DNA of 32,000 bases from Thalassolituus hydrocarboniclasticus (GTDB taxonomy: Bacteria; Pseudomonadota; Gammaproteobacteria; Pseudomonadales; Oceanobacteraceae). The DNA lies in NCBI RefSeq assembly GCF_025345565.1, contig NZ_CP054475.1:3233129-3265128 (forward strand), given 5' to 3'. Positions 8,106 through 15,966 of the stretch are shown here, piece by piece. The first letter of the stretch is position 1, and every line of letters starts with the position of its first letter. The translations under genes and the position numbers were made by a program. The notes under the pieces are model-generated. The model ran no database searches and was not told the origin of the DNA. It worked only from the letters and a program-made list of their open reading frames with translations.

Positions 8106-9842
8106 TCAATAGTAGCTGAGAATCTCTTTGATACCCGTATTCTGTTCAACCTCAACCGATTTATGTACTGTTTTTACCGGTTTAACAATGGCATCCCGGC
8201 CCAACTTATAACTTTGCTCTTTGACGACCACCTGATAAGCCTTATTAAGCATCAGGGCACGTTCTGGCTCCGGCAAAAGCAAGTGACCGATATTCTCAGA
8301 CAGTTTTTCAAATTCCTGTAACTTAGGGCTTCGGTCGTCATTAAAGAACTTATTCAGGACTTCTTTATTATCACGGAATTCATTACCGCTTGGGTTTTGC
8401 TCAAGATAATAAGCATACTCGCCGCGCCCATCCTCACGCATGGGATCAGCGACACCTTCGAGTCCTTTTTCCAGCCAGTGATACCAGCCATTGCGGAAAC
8501 TTCCATGATCAAACTTACGGAAAAATGAAATAGTAGTGTCATTCGATGCGCCGATATAACCGTGACATCCGGTACAGAAATACGTTTCTTCGTAGGTCTG
8601 AGGACGTAACTGACCGGCATCATCCTCAATAAAACCCTGATATGTCCATCCCTGAGCAACCGTTAATCCGGACTCCATATTTCCCAGAGCAACTTTAGTA
8701 CGCCATGGAAAGTCGTGACGTTCTTTAATTTCATCATTAACAATACTGCGTAACTGATAGTAGTTTCTCCAGGAGTTCTTTCTGGAGTAACGCACTTCTT
8801 TCATGCGTCTGGCCATGACAACTTTGCCATTGTTAACGTCCAGGTAGCGTACAGTATGAAGAAACTCAGTACCTTCAGGGTATAAGCGTGCTGCCAGATG
8901 AATGTCACCCTGCTCCAGAAGCTCCTTAGCCTGACCAACATAACTCATCATACGGTTTTCTTTTGGCGCCCAGTCATACTTAATGTATGTCGCCTTAGAC
9001 AAGGTTCCATTTTTATCCAGATCAACGCCATATAACGTTTCGTCAGTTTTTTCGATCGGAATATCTTTTTCCTTTATCAGTGATTCGACAATGGCAAAGT
9101 TAATTCTGTAAGCCAGCAGATCAAATTCTCCGTCTTTATTACGGCGAAAAGCTTCCGGAAGCCGGATCATCACATCATCCGTCGAACCGTTCGTTGGCAT
9201 AAAAGTTCCCAGAAACGGGTAATAGGCAAATACTCGCCAGCCGGTATATTCACCTGCCGGCGAGACATCAAAACCCTGTTCATCAAAAGAAAAATATGCA
9301 TCAGGGATATAACCATCCCAACGGCCGTTTTTATTACGGTCCCATTCTTTTGGCAGGTTGTTCAGTTTGGCAGCCAGGATAATACCGCCATTATCAGAGA
9401 AGTAGTTATCTTCTCTGACGTAATTAATAATCTCCTGATCTGAAACGTTAGCAATATCGTCTGTGCGATCTTTAAACAGATTATCCCAGTTGTTTTTCAG
9501 CCCTGTTTCAGGGAAGTTATAGCCGACCTGAACATCGGTATCATTAAGATAATTCGGTCGTTTACTTTCGGTATGACACGCATAACAAGGATTCTGAACT
9601 CCCTGTTCAGAAACCGGGTCGGTATAACATTGTGGCGGAATGTAAGCCACAGGATTATCCGTAGCATCAGCAGTAAGATCAACCAGTGTGCCGAAGGTAT
9701 AGCCAGTGGCAACCGGGTTGGTTTTATTAGCCGCAGCGGAATCATCCGCCGACATCATTGATCGCTCACCATCAGACGATGTAAAACAACCAGATAAAAA
9801 CAGGGTAAACCCGCCAACCAACAACAATGAGTGTGTTTTCAT
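8106..9842 (-). CDS. Lipoprotein with two CxxCH c-type haem motifs, function unknown
   Basis: 578 aa. Lipobox LFLSGC, CxxCH motifs NPCYACH and FCTGCH. Not recognised as a known cytochrome family. Confidence 0.85.
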   Translation of the reverse strand: MKTHSLLLVGGFTLFLSGCFTSSDGERSMMSADDSAAANKTNPVATGYTFGTLVDLTADATDNPVAYIPPQCYTDPVSEQGVQNPCYACHTESKRPNYLNDTDVQVGYNFPETGLKNNWDNLFKDRTDDIANVSDQEIINYVREDNYFSDNGGIILAAKLNNLPKEWDRNKNGRWDGYIPDAYFSFDEQGFDVSPAGEYTGWRVFAYYPFLGTFMPTNGSTDDVMIRLPEAFRRNKDGEFDLLAYRINFAIVESLIKEKDIPIEKTDETLYGVDLDKNGTLSKATYIKYDWAPKENRMMSYVGQAKELLEQGDIHLAARLYPEGTEFLHTVRYLDVNNGKVVMARRMKEVRYSRKNSWRNYYQLRSIVNDEIKERHDFPWRTKVALGNMESGLTVAQGWTYQGFIEDDAGQLRPQTYEETYFCTGCHGYIGASNDTTISFFRKFDHGSFRNGWYHWLEKGLEGVADPMREDGRGEYAYYLEQNPSGNEFRDNKEVLNKFFNDDRSPKLQEFEKLSENIGHLLLPEPERALMLNKAYQVVVKEQSYKLGRDAIVKPVKTVHKSVEVEQNTGIKEILSYY

Positions 9843-9863
9843 AAACCTACCAGAAACAAAAAA

Positions 9864-9881
9864 GGGCAGCCGTAGCTGCCC
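9864..9881 (-). terminator. Intercistronic terminator-like hairpin between the PhoX-like and CxxCH genes
   Basis: Minus strand GGGCAGC-TACG-GCTGCCC-TTTTTTG, about 20 bp upstream of the CxxCH start codon. Confidence 0.65.
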
Positions 9882-9901
9882 CTGATGTTAAATATCAAAT
9901 A

Positions 9902-11734
9902 TTACTGTACGTTTACAGCCGGGAAAGGCCCAACGTAACCGGTGTAAGCACGGGCTTCACCTGAACCGGTATCTTTATCGTCGTCTGTCTCAACATATGG
10001 ATGCTGAACAACTGTCGTCAGATAAGACCAGCCATTGATGTTCGGATACCAGTATGGAGAGGTGGTTTCTGAGCCATACGGGGTGGTCAGAATGCGGGTC
10101 AGTTTTTTCTCTGAAGCAAAATCATAAGCCCACAAAGCATCATTCTGGTGTGTAGTACCTGCATCTTCACCGATGATCAGCATGTCATAACCTGAGATAT
10201 AGGTAACGTTATCCGGCTCGGCGATGCCATCAATATGGCAGCTGTTTTTGGCTTCAAAACCAGCAACCTGTGGGTCAGCAATACTGACCGGACGTCCGGC
10301 GACCAGGCCATACATGTTGTGAGCCACGTAATTGGAGCCGATTGCAGAGTCAGGACCAAGGTCCATCTGATAGACCGCGCCACATTTGTTTTCTTCATCC
10401 AGCTGAATATGATCCGGGCCACCGACATCACCGGAAGTACCAGCCAGCATGCCTTTAGTAACGTTGGACATACCTACGTACATTTTGTGACGCTTGCTGT
10501 CGTAGGTAATCCCTTCTTCTTTACGGAATTCAGTGGTTGCACCCAACATGGCTGCATAGCGACGGGTTTCCAGACGCGAAGCTACTTTTTCCATACCGGC
10601 TTTAACTTTCAGACACTCCTGGCCAACACCATTGGCATTGATCGACGTAAATCCTGCGCTACACGCATTGCCAACCGGATCTTCTGAATCAAAGATGTCG
10701 TTAAAGGTAACCTTGGTTTTACCATTGGTACCGTGCACATAATCGCTGATTTCAGCATTGGTAGCATGACCCAGACTGATCCAGGTCAGATCAGCTGCAC
10801 CAATACCGGTAGAATCTGTCTGGTTCCATTTAGCAGCGTAAGTAGTACCAGCACTCAGATCACCGGCGGTATCAGCCACAAACATATACAGACCAACGTT
10901 AGTACCATCATCAGTCATATAGGTTGTTTTTGAATCAGGCATTACATAAGCCAGTTCGTATGCCAGACGCCCCATTGCATAATGTTTTTCAGTAGTAACA
11001 GCAGCATTTTCCGCAACAGTTACTTCAATATTCCAGCCGTAGAAGTATGGGTTCCATTCGCTCGCTTCAGCATAGTAGTCGAGCATAGAAGCAGAATAAC
11101 TGCTCAGAGCAGCTTCAGCACTGGTTGGCTGTTTTTTAGCATCCGGTTCATATTCCTCTGACGCCAGATGAGTAGTCCATGGAGTAACAGAACCGGCACA
11201 GTGAACCCAGCCACCATCAATGCCTGATTGATCAATCTGAGTTAAGTTAGCAACGCTCAGCTTGCCGTTGTCTTTATCCTGATTCAGCTCCATCAGGAAC
11301 ATGGCACCAGGGCGATCTTCAAACTGAGAAACAGAATACAGTTTATTGCCAATTGGCAGCAGAGAAGTAAATTCGTTGGAATCAGAAATACGGACTGAAC
11401 CATCGTCTTCAGTCAGAACAGTACCCGCTTTATTGACCAGCTGACCAAATGCAACGCCAGAAATAACATCACCTGAGCGTGCCAGTACGTTATATTCACC
11501 GGCATAAATTTTGCCGTTTACAATGGCTTGTGAAACTGTAATTTCACGCTTTTCGGCATCGGTGGCCGGTGCGGCAACGCCTACAAACTTCATAAAGGCC
11601 GGGCTGCCGTTTACGCCATCAGCCCCGGTGTCACCATTAGAACCATCATCACCACCACAGGCTGCCAGGCTCGCGGCCGTAGCAATAACCATCGCCTGCA
11701 AAAGACGCTTTTTCTGAAAAAGTTCCATCGTCAT
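9902..11734 (-). CDS. PhoX/DUF839-like lipoprotein, putative phosphatase
   Basis: 610 aa. Lipobox SLAACGG then a short collagen-like GSNGDTGADGVNGS stretch. PhoX-family-like GGWVHCAGSVTPWTTHLASEEYEPD, RRYAAMLGATTEFRKEEGITYD, HIQLDEENKCGAVYQMDL and EPDNVTYI. Confidence 0.75.
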   Translation of the reverse strand: MTMELFQKKRLLQAMVIATAASLAACGGDDGSNGDTGADGVNGSPAFMKFVGVAAPATDAEKREITVSQAIVNGKIYAGEYNVLARSGDVISGVAFGQLVNKAGTVLTEDDGSVRISDSNEFTSLLPIGNKLYSVSQFEDRPGAMFLMELNQDKDNGKLSVANLTQIDQSGIDGGWVHCAGSVTPWTTHLASEEYEPDAKKQPTSAEAALSSYSASMLDYYAEASEWNPYFYGWNIEVTVAENAAVTTEKHYAMGRLAYELAYVMPDSKTTYMTDDGTNVGLYMFVADTAGDLSAGTTYAAKWNQTDSTGIGAADLTWISLGHATNAEISDYVHGTNGKTKVTFNDIFDSEDPVGNACSAGFTSINANGVGQECLKVKAGMEKVASRLETRRYAAMLGATTEFRKEEGITYDSKRHKMYVGMSNVTKGMLAGTSGDVGGPDHIQLDEENKCGAVYQMDLGPDSAIGSNYVAHNMYGLVAGRPVSIADPQVAGFEAKNSCHIDGIAEPDNVTYISGYDMLIIGEDAGTTHQNDALWAYDFASEKKLTRILTTPYGSETTSPYWYPNINGWSYLTTVVQHPYVETDDDKDTGSGEARAYTGYVGPFPAVNVQ

Positions 11735-11794
11735 CTCTCTCTAAGACTATATGATCAGGAGTTATTTCCTGGGGCGTTAAGCTAGTAGAGAAAA

Positions 11795-11845
11795 ATGACA
11801 GTAAGCGTGCACTTTTATGACAGATATAAGACGATTTCATGACAG
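11795..11845 (-). promoter_or_regulatory. Pho-box-like array upstream of the PhoX-like gene
   Basis: Three perfect CTGTCAT sites (minus strand) at 11839-11845, 11817-11823 and 11795-11801, spaced exactly 22 bp. A degenerate TCGTCTT sits at the 11-bp phase position 11828-11834. Confidence 0.82.
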
Positions 11846-11848
11846 CAA

Positions 11849-12523
11849 TCAGTAACGCCGTACCTGGACCACCACACGACGATTAGCAGCACGCTGCTGT
11901 TCAATTGTCTGGGCCTGATCCACTTCTTTCGGTCTGCTGTCAGCAAAGCCTGACGCCTTAAGACGTTCCTTGGCAACGCCCTGACTCATCAGATATTTAA
12001 CCACATGGGTCGCTCTGGCTGCTGATAATTCCCAGTTGGAGGGAAATTGCTCATTGGCAATGGGAATATCATCAGTGTGACCTTCCACTTCAATCATATG
12101 TGTTTCGTGGCTGGTATCGCGGATAATCGCGGATACCTTTTCCAACAGGGGAACTGCATCGGCTTTTAAATCGGCGGAGCCGGAGTCATAGAGTGCAACG
12201 TTGGCAAACTCCACTTTAACCCCTCGCTGATCAAGGACCACCGACAACTGATCCTGCAGGCCATTCTGCTCGATATAATCATCCAGCGCTTTTTTAATAT
12301 CGGTAAAGGGCGTTGTTTGCTGTCGATCTGTCATTACCGTCGACAATCCTTCCTGCAGCGCTTCTACTTTGCCCTGATCGATATCAGAGACCGACAGAAT
12401 CATCACAAAAAAAGCCAGCAGCAGCGTAATGGCATCAGAATAAGTGATAAGCCAGGAACTGGAGGAATCGTCAAAATTAGGCCGGCGACGGCGCAGGCCA
12501 CGACGCTTTAACGCATCATCCAC
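11849..12523 (-). CDS. motB: MotB-like stator protein with OmpA peptidoglycan-binding domain
   Basis: 224 aa. SSWLITYSDAITLLLAFFVMILSVSDID with the Asp at residue 30. C-terminal OmpA domain IEVEGHTDDIPIANEQFPSNWELSAARATHVVKYL...ANRRVVVQVRR. Confidence 0.88.
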   Translation of the reverse strand: MDDALKRRGLRRRRPNFDDSSSSWLITYSDAITLLLAFFVMILSVSDIDQGKVEALQEGLSTVMTDRQQTTPFTDIKKALDDYIEQNGLQDQLSVVLDQRGVKVEFANVALYDSGSADLKADAVPLLEKVSAIIRDTSHETHMIEVEGHTDDIPIANEQFPSNWELSAARATHVVKYLMSQGVAKERLKASGFADSRPKEVDQAQTIEQQRAANRRVVVQVRRY

Positions 12524-12546
12524 GGCATGCCTCCGGGTATATCAGC

Positions 12547-13347
12547 TCAGAGTTCTTCATCGGCAAGCTGCAGACGAACCGATGGTTTAAGAAAGGCATT
12601 CAGCCTGTCCTGAATAAACAAGGCATCACGCTTTTCCGCCAGCATAACGAAACCTTCGGTAATCAGCTGATGGCGGTAATAAAGTGCTTCCTGTTTTTCC
12701 GTAACCTGATTGGCTGCCGGTTTAAAAAATAAATTCGCCAGTACCACACCATAAAGCGTGGTAATTAATGCCAGCGCCAGCCCCTGACCTAACCCGGCCA
12801 TATCACCGTTCAGGTTATCCAGCATGATAATCAGACCAATAATCGTGCCGACCATACCAAAACCCGGAGCGTAGGTTGCCATGGTATTCAGCACCTTGGA
12901 TTCCAGCGTATGCCGCTGCCAAGTGGCATCCATGGCATCACTCAGCATTATGCGGATTTCGTGGTTTTTATAACCCGAACCAATCAGCTCCATCGCATGA
13001 CACAGGTATTCGTCTTTACTTTCTTCTTTATTCAGACTCTGCTCAAGGGCACTGATACCACCCTGACGATACAGGTTGCTCCAGTCAACAAAGCGGCTAA
13101 CCAGTGTGCGCAAATGCTTTTGCGATGTCGGAGTATGAAAAAAAGTCTGCACCATACTACGCATAGCAATCAGAACATCACCGCTGCTGTAGCTGATCAG
13201 TGAGGCCGCTAACGTACTGCCCAGTACCAGCGCCAGACTGGAAAGACTCATAAATATCTGGTGATGATCCGTACTGCTGACGATGGCAAATGCAAACAGG
13301 CTGATACCGGCGCAAAAGCCGATCAGGGTGCTGAATGAAAACATCAT
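12547..13347 (-). CDS. motA: MotA-like stator proton/sodium channel protein
   Basis: 266 aa. LYRQGGISALEQ region and YAPGFGMVGTIIGLIIMLDNLNGDMAGLGQGLALALITTLYGVVLANLFFKPAANQVTEK. Confidence 0.9.
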   Translation of the reverse strand: MMFSFSTLIGFCAGISLFAFAIVSSTDHHQIFMSLSSLALVLGSTLAASLISYSSGDVLIAMRSMVQTFFHTPTSQKHLRTLVSRFVDWSNLYRQGGISALEQSLNKEESKDEYLCHAMELIGSGYKNHEIRIMLSDAMDATWQRHTLESKVLNTMATYAPGFGMVGTIIGLIIMLDNLNGDMAGLGQGLALALITTLYGVVLANLFFKPAANQVTEKQEALYYRHQLITEGFVMLAEKRDALFIQDRLNAFLKPSVRLQLADEEL

Positions 13348-15261
13348 TTATTCCTGCCCCTGCGACTGTTTAGCAATAGGCGCCAGCTCTTCCATAGAGA
13401 AACGTCCGGCTTTCAGTACATCACGCATTTTCTGTACAACCTGTTTGCGTCCGGCTTCTACCGTTTCCTGAGCAATATCTGCTTCGGTTGTTTTAAGCTC
13501 TGCAATAACGGCTGCGCGCAATTTAGCAGGCAAGGCTGCCAGCACATGGCGTTTAAATTCCGTTGATGTATGACATAAGGCAGCGGCCAGAACACCGCGA
13601 TCTATATCACGCAGCTCATTCGCCAGTACCCGCTCCGGAGCGCGGGCCATATCGGCAAAGGTAAAATAGACCTGACGCAGTCGATAATAGGTTTCCGGCT
13701 TTTCACCTTTTAAGGTTTTCAGTAAGCGGGTTTCTTCAGCACTGTTCATGTTATCCAGCATACGTATCAGTACCGACAGGCCATCGGCACTGATATTCTC
13801 GAACGTTGGCACCGACAGTGACGCCTGTGCCAGACGGTCCGCCACGTCGCGGAAAGCAGAGACAGGGAGCGTATCGAACTGGCCGAGTTCATAAGCCACC
13901 GCCGCCTGATCTTTTTCTTTCATGCGCTGAATAATATCAGCAGCCCGTTCAGCCGGGAGCTGCGACATAACCAGAGCTTTGATGCGGGTATCCTCATCTT
14001 TAATCAGATACAGCACCTGTGAATCATTGAGTTTCTCCAGAAACGAAAACGGTGAATTACCCGCCGAGTTATCAGCTAAGCCCTGCTGAAGACGCTGCTG
14101 GAAAGCACTGAGTGATTGCAGCAACATCTCATTGCTCCAGTCAGTTTCGCTGCGCTGCTGCTCCAGCTCCTGCCACTCGGTACCGGTTAATGCGGGAACA
14201 AGGCTGCGCAATAACGGCTTACCCATCACTTCAAGCATTGCCGCTGCTTCAGAATACTGCTGTCGCTGCAGTCCCTGTTGCACCAGCTGCTGGAATAACT
14301 GTGGCTGAGACAATCCGGATGAAACCAGCGCCTGACGCACTTCATTAACCTGCCGTTTCAGTTCAACCTGCTGGTCATTTTCCTGTGCAACCACGGCACG
14401 ATTATCGCTATAACCGGTATCGGAACTTGCAGTTAAAGGAGCACTTACTGCAGGAATCATCCGGCGGCCTAACGCACGCATCCCGAAACCAATCACCAGC
14501 AATACCAGTAAAAGTGAAGCAAGCCAGAACCACAGCGCGTATTCATCCCAGATACTGAGCACAACAGGTTTTTCATTCTCCAGACGTTTAAATTCGGTAC
14601 GGACAATATTCAGCGTATCGCCACGTAATTCATCCAGCTGGGACTTGCGGGTAATCAGGTTACGCAGGAATTCAACCTGTTCATCATTCAGGGTACGGTC
14701 CACAACCAGAGTGATGGTCATTTTCTTGATGCTGTTGCGAAAGCCCAGTGTTTTCTCACGAATGGTCTGAATTTTGGTTTCGGCTTCCTGTTTCAGCTGG
14801 TCGGCATAATTGAGCACATCGGTACGCTCACGCTCCAGCTGTTGCACTTTATTCTGCAGCGCCTGAATTTCCTGCTCGTTTTCTTTCAAAAGCGGAAGCT
14901 CATTAACCGGAAGGCCTGGCAATGCTTCCAGCTCATTGTCATCAAAGGTTTTGATCGTACGTGGACGGATTTCCGCGACTGGCTGACGCACAGGAGGCTT
15001 AGGTAAAGCAGACCCAGGCGATGCCGGCTCATTGCTTTTCACCATAGTTCGGGTCTTTTGCAGTGTTGCTTCGACCTGAATAATAAAGCGGTTATCGCCC
15101 AGGTAAGATTTGATATCCCGTGCCAGACGCGCTTCCATTTCATTCTTAAAGCGCGCCTCTTCCAGATCATCTTTTTTAACAGGCACTTCATAAGCCTGCT
15201 CTTCTGCAACAACCAGAAGAGAGACAAAGCAAAGTAAGACAGTAAGAATTCTCATCAGCAA
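13348..15261 (-). CDS. Membrane-anchored protein combining FliF-like periplasmic domain, one TM and FliG-like C-terminal domain
   Basis: 637 aa. Signal peptide, then KKMTITLVVDRTLNDEQ...RGDTLNIVRTEF (FliF RBM-like), TM LWFWLASLLLVLLVIGFGM near residues 243-262. C-terminus has LPAERAADIIQRM and ERVLANELRDIDRGVLAAALCHTSTEFKRHVLAALPAKLRAAVIAEL...RKQVVQKMRDV (FliG-like). Confidence 0.75.
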   Translation of the reverse strand: MLMRILTVLLCFVSLLVVAEEQAYEVPVKKDDLEEARFKNEMEARLARDIKSYLGDNRFIIQVEATLQKTRTMVKSNEPASPGSALPKPPVRQPVAEIRPRTIKTFDDNELEALPGLPVNELPLLKENEQEIQALQNKVQQLERERTDVLNYADQLKQEAETKIQTIREKTLGFRNSIKKMTITLVVDRTLNDEQVEFLRNLITRKSQLDELRGDTLNIVRTEFKRLENEKPVVLSIWDEYALWFWLASLLLVLLVIGFGMRALGRRMIPAVSAPLTASSDTGYSDNRAVVAQENDQQVELKRQVNEVRQALVSSGLSQPQLFQQLVQQGLQRQQYSEAAAMLEVMGKPLLRSLVPALTGTEWQELEQQRSETDWSNEMLLQSLSAFQQRLQQGLADNSAGNSPFSFLEKLNDSQVLYLIKDEDTRIKALVMSQLPAERAADIIQRMKEKDQAAVAYELGQFDTLPVSAFRDVADRLAQASLSVPTFENISADGLSVLIRMLDNMNSAEETRLLKTLKGEKPETYYRLRQVYFTFADMARAPERVLANELRDIDRGVLAAALCHTSTEFKRHVLAALPAKLRAAVIAELKTTEADIAQETVEAGRKQVVQKMRDVLKAGRFSMEELAPIAKQSQGQE

Positions 15262-15264
15262 CTC

Positions 15265-15966
15265 CTACTGCTTCAGCCGGTCAAGGCTGGCCTTGACCTG
15301 ATCAAGACTGGGATCAAGTTTAAGCGCCTGCTCCCAGCTGGAACGGGCTTCCGGCAACAGGCCCATCTTGTAATAGATACTGCCTTTTAATGCATGCGCC
15401 TGAGCGGAATCCGGTAAATTATCGAGTGCTGCATTGGTTTCATCCAAAGCCTGCCAATATTGTTTTTTATAGAATAATGACTGGGCATTGAGAATGTGCT
15501 TAGTGGTATTTTCAACCCTCTGATTTTTGTTTTTTTCCTGCTGCTGAGCATTCTCATTCAGATTTTCATGAATTTCTTCAGCCGTCTTATCATCCAGCAT
15601 TTCGGTTATGTCTTCGTCGGCCTCCTGAGGTATTTCTGCTTCTGGCTGAACCGTCTTACCCGGCAGATCCATGACGAATTTCACGTCACTGTCACCGGCA
15701 TCCAAAGTCAGCAACACATCGTAACCATCACCATAACGGTGAATATGCATCAGGCCATGCTGTTTTTTGGCTTGCTCAGCGATTTCAGATTGTTTCTGGA
15801 TTTCTTCTTCTACAACCTCTGTTTCAGATACCCAGCCGGAATTACCATAACCTTTAACCACTTCATTAGTACGCTGATAGCTACAGGCGGCAGGCAAGAT
15901 AAAAACACTCAGGCTTAACAACCGGAACATCATGCGTACCTGGCATTTTACGCAGAATTTCATCAT
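15265..15966 (-). CDS. TPR-containing lipoprotein
   Basis: 233 aa. Lipobox-like LPAAC and C-terminal TPR units (AQSLFYKKQYWQALDETNAALDNLPDSAQAHALKGSIYYKMGLLPEARSSWEQALKLDP). True start may be the internal MMFRLL. Confidence 0.8.
   Translation of the reverse strand: MMKFCVKCQVRMMFRLLSLSVFILPAACSYQRTNEVVKGYGNSGWVSETEVVEEEIQKQSEIAEQAKKQHGLMHIHRYGDGYDVLLTLDAGDSDVKFVMDLPGKTVQPEAEIPQEADEDITEMLDDKTAEEIHENLNENAQQQEKNKNQRVENTTKHILNAQSLFYKKQYWQALDETNAALDNLPDSAQAHALKGSIYYKMGLLPEARSSWEQALKLDPSLDQVKASLDRLKQ

Noticed and set aside
11849-13347. Zorya-type anti-phage defence (ZorA/ZorB)
   Set aside because: MotA/MotB homologues are present but there is no ZorC/ZorD/ZorE-like helicase or nuclease partner. 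The neighbours are FliF-FliG-like, TPR and OMP-like proteins.
11849-13347. TolQ/TolR or ExbB/ExbD system
   Set aside because: The long MotA cytoplasmic segment and a MotB-like OmpA domain favour Mot-type stators. No TolA, TolB or TonB homologue is adjacent.
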